Below are positions 54,996 through 62,805 of a stretch of 64,000 bases of DNA, in pieces. Position numbers and translations under genes: made by a program. The notes below the pieces were generated by a model. The model was not told where the DNA came from and made no database searches. It was given only the letters and a program-made list of their open reading frames with translations. The number at the start of each line of letters is the position of its first letter. The stretch's first letter is position 1. The stretch lies in the IMG/VR virus record IMGVR_UViG_3300003320_000853; one strand, 5' to 3'. Source of the stretch: a virus. Its lineage: Duplodnaviria > Caudoviricetes.

Positions 54996-55268
54996 ATGCC
55001 GAATCCGCTTACCGCCATCCCTGAAGAGGACTCGACCGACTTCACCACGGACGAGGCGAGCGGAGCGATTCCCACATCCGGACCCGCTGCGGTAGCGGCT
55101 GCCTTGCGGGGCCAACCTTGCCTCTCCTGCGGTGCACGCCTGATGGCGAAGAGCTACGCCCTTCGCCGGCTCGCCGGTCATCTCTACTGGAGAGTGACGA
55201 CGGCCTGTCCATTTGGGCATCCGCGCACCTTGGTCTTTCAGACGGACTGGCTTCGCGGAGGATCATGA
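54996..55268 (+). CDS. Small Zn-ribbon protein
   Basis: CLSCG...CPFGH. Confidence 0.55.
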   Translation: MPNPLTAIPEEDSTDFTTDEASGAIPTSGPAAVAAALRGQPCLSCGARLMAKSYALRRLAGHLYWRVTTACPFGHPRTLVFQTDWLRGGS

Positions 55269-55651
55269 GCAGCGAACATCATGGGCACGACCCGAGCAAG
55301 CCTTGCCGATGCGATCGGTGCCGCCCGTGCACGAAGTGTGATCGGGACACGAACAACAACGTGTGGCTCGAACGCGGGACGCCGGGTGCCATCGGCATCT
55401 GCCTCCTCGACACGATGACGGAAGATCAGGTGATCTATGTGCTCGAACACGATCCGCGGGCACAGAAGGATCTGCTCCGTGTGACGAGCGACCCGCACCT
55501 CTTGCACCTGGCGCATACCATCACCCGGCTCCCGGTGGTGGAGGAGATGGACGCGATCCAGAAGGACATGAACCGGGAGGGGCCCGCAACGAACGTCCTC
55601 CACTCGACCTTCCACGGGGTGCCCCCGTTCGTGTCTCCCTTGTCCAGGTGA
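55265..55651 (+). CDS. Hypothetical Cys-rich protein
   Basis: ATGA overlap, GGAGG RBS; CRCDRC.PCTKC. Confidence 0.65.
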   Translation: MSSEHHGHDPSKPCRCDRCRPCTKCDRDTNNNVWLERGTPGAIGICLLDTMTEDQVIYVLEHDPRAQKDLLRVTSDPHLLHLAHTITRLPVVEEMDAIQKDMNREGPATNVLHSTFHGVPPFVSPLSR

Positions 55652-55661
55652 GCTGTGCAAC

Positions 55662-55904
55662 ATGAAGACCCGTCTCCTGAACCCGCCGCCGTCATCCCCC
55701 GCGCCCCGGAACCCGATCGAGTGGCGCAAGTTGATGCTCGCCTCGATCGAGATGGCCGAGAAGGTCGACTCCCGCCACGCCCCAGGACTCCGGCAAGCCT
55801 TGGCCTCGGGCCAGATCGAGTCCACGCTCCGGCGGATGGGCATCATCAGCGCGGCGGACATCGCGCGGGAATTCCCCGAGAAGACCTCGGGGACGCAGCG
55901 CTGA
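55662..55904 (+). CDS. Hypothetical protein (80 aa)
   Basis: ATG after AGGTGAG; typical codon usage. Confidence 0.5.
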   Translation: MKTRLLNPPPSSPAPRNPIEWRKLMLASIEMAEKVDSRHAPGLRQALASGQIESTLRRMGIISAADIAREFPEKTSGTQR

Positions 55905-56188
55905 TCTCGTTCGAGTCGGGAGACCCGCACGTCATCTACGAGGCCGTCCAGGAGCTCGCGGCAGCCTATCGGGAGATGCACGCCGAGGCGGCCCGGCTTC
56001 GGTTCAAGGTGAATTTCGGGACGGCCGTCTGCGAAAGCTGCGATGGACTCAAGGCGGGCCCGGGGATCGTGGCGACATGCTTCCAGATTCGCCGGTGCAA
56101 CTACGAGAACGTTCGGGAGGGGGGTCCGTCCGACCCGCACCGACGCATCATCCAGTCCCTCGACCTCACCCCCAAAATTCGTCCTTGA
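55901..56188 (+). CDS. Hypothetical Cys-containing protein (possible CTG start)
   Basis: Coding-like frame LISFESGDPH...CESC...C...C with no ATG at its start; CTGA overlap and GGGGA upstream. Confidence 0.45.
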   Translation: MISFESGDPHVIYEAVQELAAAYREMHAEAARLRFKVNFGTAVCESCDGLKAGPGIVATCFQIRRCNYENVREGGPSDPHRRIIQSLDLTPKIRP

Positions 56189-56276
56189 CATACCCATAAG
56201 ATGGAGGTTTTCTCCGGGGAACTCTTTCCTCCGTTTGTCTAGGACGGACGGGGATGTGCATCTGGAGAAGACAGAC

Positions 56277-57056
56277 ATGGACAGTCTCAAGCACGCCCGC
56301 GAGGAGCTGGCGGCCGATCTCAAGGCGAAGCAGGAAGCGGTCGCCAAGGCCCAGGACAAGCTCACCAAGTTCGACTCCATCTTCGGCGACGAGGTTCCGG
56401 TGCGGAAGAAGCCCGGGCCGAAGCCCAAGGCTGCGACCTCCGAGGCGGCGCCGCCCGAGAAGCCCCGTGGCAAGCCCGGGCCGAAGCCGAAGCCCAAGAC
56501 CGAGCCGGAGGCTCCGGCGAAGCCGAGGGGCAAGCCCGGTCCCAAGCCCAAGGCGAAGGTCGAGTCGGAGGCGAAGACCGAGACGGGCAAGACGGCGGGC
56601 AAGAGCCGAGCTGCCGAGGGTCGTCGGGCGGTGGCGCGTGGGGAGCGTCCCCCGATCAAGCAGGCCATGGCACATGTCATGGGCGGGGATACCTGCAACC
56701 CGGCCATGGTTCTGGAGCGCCTCGTGGCCAAGGGGTGGACTCCTTCGGCGGGCGACCCGAAGACCTACGTCGGGTACATGCTTTCGTCCACGAAGGAGAT
56801 GTTCGTCCGCGTGCCCGCCAAGGGGCGGGGCTTCTACCGGGTCAAGGACGGTGTGAGCACGGATCTGCCGGGCTCGAAGGCCGAGGTGACCGAGGTGGTG
56901 AAGACCGAGGCGGCTCCCGCTCCGGCGAAGGTCGAGACGACTGAGGAGAAGCCCGCCCACAAGCCCAAGGCTGTCGTCAACGGTGCCGCCAAGCCGAGCA
57001 CGGATGACATCCTGGCGGAGGCCGGCTTCGACCTCTCGGGCCCCTTCGGTTCCTGA
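56277..57056 (+). CDS. Histone-like/nucleoid DNA-binding protein (KPGPKPK repeats + putative winged helix)
   Basis: GGAG RBS; N-terminal coiled coil, 3x KPGPKPK, then ...YVGYMLSS..EMFVRV...RGFY. Confidence 0.65.
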   Translation: MDSLKHAREELAADLKAKQEAVAKAQDKLTKFDSIFGDEVPVRKKPGPKPKAATSEAAPPEKPRGKPGPKPKPKTEPEAPAKPRGKPGPKPKAKVESEAKTETGKTAGKSRAAEGRRAVARGERPPIKQAMAHVMGGDTCNPAMVLERLVAKGWTPSAGDPKTYVGYMLSSTKEMFVRVPAKGRGFYRVKDGVSTDLPGSKAEVTEVVKTEAAPAPAKVETTEEKPAHKPKAVVNGAAKPSTDDILAEAGFDLSGPFGS

Positions 57057-57086
57057 TCGCGTCGGGCGTCGGTGTCTCTTGATCCG

Positions 57087-57467
57087 ATGCGCCTCCTCCC
57101 CTCCGTCCTGAAAGCGAGATCCATTGCCAAGAGGCTGATCCGCTCCAAGGCCCGTAAGTCAGTTTACATTCCCAAGGGTCGTCAGGAAGAGCTGGGGGGC
57201 CCGTACACGCGGCTCCTCGGCCTCGAAAACGACTACGAGCAGAGAGCCCTGGAGGAATGGCAGGACCATCTCCAGGGCTGGGATCTCTCCCGGCCCCCCG
57301 AACGGAAGCAGCTCGTCGAGATCATCCTGTCCGCGGCCGAGGACGCTCTCTCGGATGCTCGCCGGTCTCTCGAAAGTGACGACCCGGAGACCACGCAGCT
57401 CCTCGACGAGTTCAAGGCACGGTTCGACGCCGATCTTCTTCTTCGGCCCCCTGTAGGAGAAGCATGA
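57087..57467 (+). CDS. Hypothetical protein
   Basis: 126 aa; SIAKRLIRSKA is a borderline tag variant. Confidence 0.6.
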   Translation: MRLLPSVLKARSIAKRLIRSKARKSVYIPKGRQEELGGPYTRLLGLENDYEQRALEEWQDHLQGWDLSRPPERKQLVEIILSAAEDALSDARRSLESDDPETTQLLDEFKARFDADLLLRPPVGEA

Positions 57468-57967
57468 AGCTCGGTGACCTGGTTCAATACAAGGGCACAC
57501 ATTGGATCGTCCGCCGCCACGACCCGAAGCGGACGCGCATGGCAACCCTTGTCGCGGCTTCGGGTCAGTCGGAGGAGGTCGCCCACGACTCTGACGCGAA
57601 GGGTCAGGTGGTCGTCATCGCGAACCCGTCCACTGAGTGGCCTTTCATCGTGCTCAAGGAGCGCCCGAAGTTCGGCAAGCTCGTCGAGATCATCCGCTTC
57701 CGGGGGATGACCGTCACGGCGCATCTCCAGCTCAACGTCGACTGGGTGCCGAGCGATCCGCTCCGGAGCGGGGGTGCCGTGTTTTTCTCGCCTACGCTCG
57801 GACTTCTCGTGGGCGAGACGCTCTCCGCGCTCCATGAGCACGGGCGGGCGTCTTTCACTGTTCCCGCGAACTTCACTACGGTGCGGGCACGGGTCGAGAA
57901 GGCAACTCCGAAGCCGAGGGAGCCGAAGTCGGCCTACGACCATCTCCTCGACGAGGACGAGCTGTGA
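57464..57967 (+). CDS. Hypothetical protein ending in PKSAYDHLLDEDEL
   Basis: 167 aa; MKLGDLVQY SH3/KOW-like start; AGGAG RBS. Confidence 0.7.
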   Translation: MKLGDLVQYKGTHWIVRRHDPKRTRMATLVAASGQSEEVAHDSDAKGQVVVIANPSTEWPFIVLKERPKFGKLVEIIRFRGMTVTAHLQLNVDWVPSDPLRSGGAVFFSPTLGLLVGETLSALHEHGRASFTVPANFTTVRARVEKATPKPREPKSAYDHLLDEDEL

Positions 57968-58578
57968 AGCGGCAGCTCCCCGTCATCCTCGAACGCGATC
58001 TCAACAAGGTGCGGACAGAGCGGTACCTGCGTTCTGAGAATTTCGTGAATGGTGTGCGGGATTCGGCGGAGATTTCATGCTCCGTCGGATGCTCGGCGTG
58101 CTGCTCGCACCCTGTGATGATCGGCCTCCTCGAAGGCTTCCTGGTCTACCGTTGGCTCTCCTTGCATGGGATGTGGACGACCGATCTGCAAGCTCGTCTC
58201 CAGAAGCACGCGAACGAGACGTGGACGCTCGCCCATGAGGTCTGGTGGCTCAGCAACATCCCCTGCCCGCTCCTCGTGAACGATCGTTGCTCTGTCCATG
58301 AGGGTAGGCCTTTCGTCTGTCGGGTGACGCTCTCCACGGGCGACCCCGTTTTCTGTCATCCCCATCGCCTTGGGTTGGAGACGGGCATTGTCTCTCGTGC
58401 CGATGTGGTCGGGGAATTCCAGCGTCTGGAGGAGCAGAAGCTCCGGGCTCATGGTCTCGTGACCCTCCAGTTCCCGATCAGCAAGGCTCTGCTCCTCGCC
58501 GAGGCCATCCTTACCGGAACGCTCGCGATCGAAGCCGTGGCGGCCTTACTCGTGAAGGATTTCAGGGCTGAAGCATGA
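57964..58578 (+). CDS. YkgJ/CxxCxxCC family zinc- or Fe-S-binding protein
   Basis: CSVGCSACC, CPLL...CSVHEGRPFVCR. Confidence 0.8.
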   Translation: MKRQLPVILERDLNKVRTERYLRSENFVNGVRDSAEISCSVGCSACCSHPVMIGLLEGFLVYRWLSLHGMWTTDLQARLQKHANETWTLAHEVWWLSNIPCPLLVNDRCSVHEGRPFVCRVTLSTGDPVFCHPHRLGLETGIVSRADVVGEFQRLEEQKLRAHGLVTLQFPISKALLLAEAILTGTLAIEAVAALLVKDFRAEA

Positions 58579-58850
58579 AGTGCTGCGTCTGTTCCGCCGA
58601 CCGGGAGTGCGTCGTCCTCACACTCACCGACGACGAGAAGGCTGCCATCCGAGCCATGGGGCAGACGCCACAGGAGACCCTCGCCTACTGCCGGCCGTGC
58701 TTCCGTCTCCTGTCGAACCCCGAGCAGGGAGCGCAACTCATCCGGGGTACCTTCCAGGTCGGTCTCCAGAACGCGGGTATCGCGAACGCCGAGAAGCTGG
58801 CTCGCAGGTACTACGACTTCCTCCTCTCGAAGGCCAAGCGCCGCAACTAA
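58575..58850 (+). CDS. Small Zn-finger protein
   Basis: MKCCVC...YCRPC; ATGA overlap. Confidence 0.7.
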   Translation: MKCCVCSADRECVVLTLTDDEKAAIRAMGQTPQETLAYCRPCFRLLSNPEQGAQLIRGTFQVGLQNAGIANAEKLARRYYDFLLSKAKRRN

Positions 58851-58863
58851 CCCGGAGACGAGC

Positions 58864-59430
58864 ATGAACGAGCAGCAAAGGCAGACCATCAAGGAGCTTC
58901 TCCAGAAGGCTGGGATCGATCCCGAGGGTCAGGACGTGGAGACTGCCTTCGCACAGATGGTGAAGGCGAGGATCCCGGGGATGTCCTCCCAGGCGCAGCA
59001 CACCGCCTTCATGTCGGGTTTCGACGCCTACTGTTTCACAATGCAGGCCATCTGCTCGGGCAACGCGGAGAACGAAGCGCTCGGGCGAAAGACGCTCTAC
59101 CAGGCGTTCGATGTTGCGAAGAAAGCCACCGAAGTCACCGAGAAGCTCCGGGAAGTGCCCGAAGCCGCGACGAGTGAGGCTTCGGAGGTGTTCAAGCGGC
59201 CCCCACCGGAGTTCGCCGAAGCTCAAGAGCAACAAGCACTTCTGGCCGAGCTGAACGCCATCTCAGACATCGCCGGACTCACCGAGTGGTACGTGGAGAC
59301 AAGGGCGCGGAGGGATCTGGTGCGAACGCAGAGCCTCCGCAACAAGCTCTACGACGCCATCCGTGAGCGACGCAACAATTTGACCGAGCGTTTGAGGATC
59401 TCGGTCGTGGAAGGACAGACAGAGGAATGA
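58864..59430 (+). CDS. Hypothetical helical protein
   Basis: 188 aa; GGAG RBS. Confidence 0.7.
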   Translation: MNEQQRQTIKELLQKAGIDPEGQDVETAFAQMVKARIPGMSSQAQHTAFMSGFDAYCFTMQAICSGNAENEALGRKTLYQAFDVAKKATEVTEKLREVPEAATSEASEVFKRPPPEFAEAQEQQALLAELNAISDIAGLTEWYVETRARRDLVRTQSLRNKLYDAIRERRNNLTERLRISVVEGQTEE

Positions 59431-59822
59431 AGGTATTGGTTACTGGCGGTCGCGACTACATGAACCGCGACCGGATCCGTCAGGTGTTCGAGAAGCTCGC
59501 GGCGAAGTATAAGCGAGTCATCGTCGTCCACGGGGATTGCCCCACGGGTGCGGACCACATCGCGGACGAGCTGGCCAAGGAGTTCGGCTTCGAGGTGCGG
59601 CCCTATCCCGCCGACTGGGACCGAGCGGAGGCTGAGGGGCACCGGAATTCAGCCGGGCCGAAGCGCAACTCCACGATGATTCGGGAGGAGCATCCAGACA
59701 AGGATGGCACCCCCATCGATCTCTGCCTGGCCTTCACCACGGACCTCAAGCGCAGCCGCGGGACCAAGGATTGCTTCCAGAAGGCTGGCGCCGCGGGCAT
59801 CAAGGGTCTCGTCTTCGGCTAG
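59427..59822 (+). CDS. YspA-like SLOG protein (DUF2493)
   Basis: VLVTGGRD, VVHGDCPTGAD, YPADW, AGPKRN, SRGT. Confidence 0.85.
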   Translation: MKVLVTGGRDYMNRDRIRQVFEKLAAKYKRVIVVHGDCPTGADHIADELAKEFGFEVRPYPADWDRAEAEGHRNSAGPKRNSTMIREEHPDKDGTPIDLCLAFTTDLKRSRGTKDCFQKAGAAGIKGLVFG

Positions 59823-60005
59823 TTCAAGACCCTGCCCCATCTCCATGCGGGGTGCGGCCCGCGAAAGGCCCCCCAGAGGAACGTGCAGAGAAATCGAGGA
59901 TCCCCAGCTTCCCGTTGCTCTTGAATGTAGCGAAGGGCCGATGGCGAGATCCTGGGTCGAGGGTACATACGTGGAGGGTGCACCTGTTTGGTGTACCGTA
60001 CGGGC

Positions 60006-60215
60006 ATGGCCCGTACCATTCCCATCCCGACCCGCGAGGACGAGCGGATCTCCGCCTTCATGACGAAGCATGAGGCGGCCCACAAGGGCGTCGACGTGGG
60101 CGACATTGGGGGCCGGTACACCTACGAGATTACCCCGACGAGTCTCGGCACAAAGATCGTCATCCGGTGCGCGTGCGGCGACCATGCGGACGTGACAGCC
60201 TATGACGAGTGGTGA
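60006..60215 (+). CDS. Small hypothetical protein (IGGRYTY.ITPTSLG...CAC...DVT.Y..W type)
   Basis: GGTGTA 10 nt upstream; familiar small phage protein pattern. Confidence 0.75.
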   Translation: MARTIPIPTREDERISAFMTKHEAAHKGVDVGDIGGRYTYEITPTSLGTKIVIRCACGDHADVTAYDEW

Positions 60216-60216
60216 A

Positions 60217-60663
60217 ATGAACTACCGCATCGTCAACAACCTCTTCACGCCGATCGAACGGGTGCTGCTCCTCGGGATGGGGGATCTGACACCGGGATGG
60301 GTCCCAGGGAGGCAAGGCACGGGGTACGAGCGGGCTCCCGTCCAGTTCGACGAGCTGGAAGCTCGGTGCCTCAAAGAGCTGGGCGTCCCTCCCGAGACCG
60401 GGCACGACGCCTACCTCATCCGGTATCGGGAAGGTGCGTTCATCCCTCCCCACAAGGACGACGCGCCCTTCGGAACCGAGCACCGGAGGATCAACATCTT
60501 GCTCTCCCACGCCGAGGAGGGCGGCGTGCTCCGCTTCGATGGGGAAGTCATCGAGCTCGATGAGCTGGACGCGATCGTGTTCCGGCCCGACCTTGTCCTC
60601 CACGAAGTCTCGCCGGTCACGAAGGGCCAGCGTGTGCTCTGGACGGTGGGGGTGCTGGTGTAG
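60217..60663 (+). CDS. 2OG-Fe(II) oxygenase
   Basis: LIRYREG..IPPHKD (HxD), EGG.L, HEVSPV..GQR. Confidence 0.85.
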   Translation: MNYRIVNNLFTPIERVLLLGMGDLTPGWVPGRQGTGYERAPVQFDELEARCLKELGVPPETGHDAYLIRYREGAFIPPHKDDAPFGTEHRRINILLSHAEEGGVLRFDGEVIELDELDAIVFRPDLVLHEVSPVTKGQRVLWTVGVLV

Positions 60664-60672
60664 CCGGGGCGC

Positions 60673-61653
60673 ATGCCCAAGATCGAAAGTCTCAAGTCCG
60701 TCAAGACCATCGTCTGCCATGCGAATTGTTCGGATGGTCTCGCATCCGCGATGATCCTCCACAACGTGCTGCCGGACGCCAAGATCGTCTTCCTCCAGTA
60801 CAACACGCCCGAGCTGGCCGCCTTCGAGGCGACCGAGGGACAGCTCTGGTGTGATTTCTGCCCGCCGGCCGATCGTTTCCAGGAGTTCGTCGCGGCTGGT
60901 GCCATCGTGCTCGACCACCACAAGACTGCCAAGATCACCGTCGCGGAGTTCGGTGAGAACGGCGTATTCGCCGACGAGAAAGACGAGCCTGGGGTCTCCG
61001 GCGCGCTCCTCGCCTACCGTCACGTGTGGGTACCTCTAGCGGCGGAGTGGCACGCGGGGGTCGGTAGCGGGAAAGAGTACGCCCGCATCGTCGAACGCCT
61101 CGCCACCCTGGCGGGGATCCGCGACACTTGGCAACGCCAGAGCCCCGACTGGATGGCGGCAATGGCTCAGGCCGAGGCGCTCCAATTCTGGCCGAAGGAA
61201 GAGTGGCTCGACGAGGACGTGTGGGACTGGGGGGAGAAGGCCAAGATCGGCATGACCTTGCTCGCGAAGCACGCGGAGAAGGTCGACAAGGCCGTCAAGG
61301 GTAGCTTCCGTTTCACCTCGTCCAAGGGCAATCGCGTCCTCATGTTCCAGGGGGTGTCGACGACCAGCGACGCCGCCGAGAAGATCGGGGATGGGGCCGA
61401 TATCATCGTCGGCTTCCGGTACGAGACCGATGCCGAAGGGCACAAGATCGTTTTCTCGCTTCGGAGCCACACGGGCTTCGATTGCTCGAAGCTCGCGAAG
61501 GAACACCCGGGCGGCGGTGGGCACACGGCCGCCGCCGGGTTCGCCTATCGGTTTCGGGCCACTCACGACCCCTACCTTCTTTTCGAGGGGATGCTCGACG
61601 CCCATGAGCGGGGACTGTCTTGGCCCCAGGAGATGCCCCTGTGCCCTCGATGA
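60673..61653 (+). CDS. DHH/DHHA1 phosphoesterase (NrnA/NrnB-like)
   Basis: HANCSDG, DF, LDHH, SLRS, GGGH..AAG; GGTGTA 10 nt upstream. Confidence 0.88.
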   Translation: MPKIESLKSVKTIVCHANCSDGLASAMILHNVLPDAKIVFLQYNTPELAAFEATEGQLWCDFCPPADRFQEFVAAGAIVLDHHKTAKITVAEFGENGVFADEKDEPGVSGALLAYRHVWVPLAAEWHAGVGSGKEYARIVERLATLAGIRDTWQRQSPDWMAAMAQAEALQFWPKEEWLDEDVWDWGEKAKIGMTLLAKHAEKVDKAVKGSFRFTSSKGNRVLMFQGVSTTSDAAEKIGDGADIIVGFRYETDAEGHKIVFSLRSHTGFDCSKLAKEHPGGGGHTAAAGFAYRFRATHDPYLLFEGMLDAHERGLSWPQEMPLCPR

Positions 61654-62114
61654 GGAGCCATGAGAGGGGTCAGAGGAAGCAACTCCGAGCTCTGGCCCAA
61701 CAGGTGAGCCGGAAGCTCGCCGACATCAACCAGCGGGTCAACATGCAAGCCTTCGGCTTCTCCCTCGCCCTGGTCTCGTCCCTTCTCGTGTCGGGCGTCT
61801 CGCGCTTCTCCACGCAGGGCGGTCGGCTCGACCGAGCTATCAAGCTCGCCGTCGAGCGAGGCGCCTTCACCCCGTGGAAGAACTCCCTCGCCTTCGTCGA
61901 CACCATGGTGGGTCTCCGCTGCGTCCAGTTGCAGGAGACCCTCTTGATCGCTCAGATGGCGGGGATCCTCTGGTTCGTGGGGCCGTCCTTCAACGAGGCC
62001 GAGATCGTCATCTCGGTCGAGACCGCAAGGACGATGCTCCGGAGCAACAAGCTCGACGAAGAGACGGCCCGGAGTTGGGGGGCCGCCTTGGTCGCGGCCC
62101 TCGCCGAGGTCTAG
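61650..62114 (+). CDS. Hypothetical protein
   Basis: ATGA overlap; 154 aa. Confidence 0.55.
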   Translation: MRSHERGQRKQLRALAQQVSRKLADINQRVNMQAFGFSLALVSSLLVSGVSRFSTQGGRLDRAIKLAVERGAFTPWKNSLAFVDTMVGLRCVQLQETLLIAQMAGILWFVGPSFNEAEIVISVETARTMLRSNKLDEETARSWGAALVAALAEV

Positions 62115-62428
62115 CCGTTGTAGCTCTCGAAGCCGCGGGGGTCGGGCGGCGTCGTGTTCGGGATCTTGGTCCTGGCGAACTCGATCGCGCTGGATGCCGC
62201 ATTCGCGGCGGTTTCTCCCGCCGCGAAGACGCCGAGCAGGGCGTTGATGCGGGGGGCGTTCTTCTGAACGACCGCGATGGCCGCCATGACGTCGCCGATC
62301 TCCGCGCCGGTGAGGATCATCTGGAGGACGTGTCCGGCCCACTTGGCCTCGACGAGAGCCTTGCGGGTGTTGTTCAGCCCGTCGTGGGCGGCCATCAGCT
62401 TCTCGTGAGTCTCGTCTGCAATGAACAT
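62111..62428 (-). CDS. Hypothetical protein (105 aa)
   Basis: Minus strand; upstream GGTGTAAGGAGACCCCT-ATG (motif 11 nt upstream plus RBS). Confidence 0.7.
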   Translation of the reverse strand: MFIADETHEKLMAAHDGLNNTRKALVEAKWAGHVLQMILTGAEIGDVMAAIAVVQKNAPRINALLGVFAAGETAANAASSAIEFARTKIPNTTPPDPRGFESYNG

Positions 62429-62529
62429 AGGGGTCTCCTTACACCAAGGCGCCCGTCACGGGCACGTCTTTCCTACAACGCTCTGGCGGCGCCGATCAAC
62501 ATTCTGTCTTTAGCCCGGCCTCCCGTAGG

Positions 62530-62805
62530 ATGGACATCGCTCGCCGGGTCGTTCTTCGAGTTCTTGGGCATCAGGTCGGGACGTTTACTCTCCCGAAAGA
62601 TCATCTCTTCGGGATGCGAGTACCCGATGGGGGGTCGAGCTGCGCCAAGTGCCTCTTCGTGAGCGACGACGGGAAGCACTGTGGTAACCCCTACTTCCAG
62701 GACTGGCGAAAATCTCTGAAGGAGAAGGATCCGAGCCTGCTCCCCCACCCGGCCGACAGCTATTGCTGCGACGTCTTTCAGGCGCAGGGGTCCGATGACA
62801 CCTAA
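62530..62805 (+). CDS. Small Cys-rich protein with N-terminal RVVLRV tag variant
   Basis: MDIARRVVLRVLG; GMRVP.GGSSCAKC...YCCD; TTTAGC 15 nt upstream. Confidence 0.7.
   Translation: MDIARRVVLRVLGHQVGTFTLPKDHLFGMRVPDGGSSCAKCLFVSDDGKHCGNPYFQDWRKSLKEKDPSLLPHPADSYCCDVFQAQGSDDT

Noticed and set aside
59823-59990. Possible ncRNA/tRNA or small antisense gene in the ~170-nt gap
   Set aside because: Only a 7-bp inverted repeat (TTCAAGA/TCTTGAA); no cloverleaf or T-loop; the antisense ORF lacks an RBS or motif. An Infernal/tRNAscan run would settle it
57120-61101. SIAKRLIRSKA (57120) and RIVERL (61084) as additional tag copies; also DRIVKRV near 22348
   Set aside because: Too degenerate, or inside a folded enzyme domain; excluded from the count
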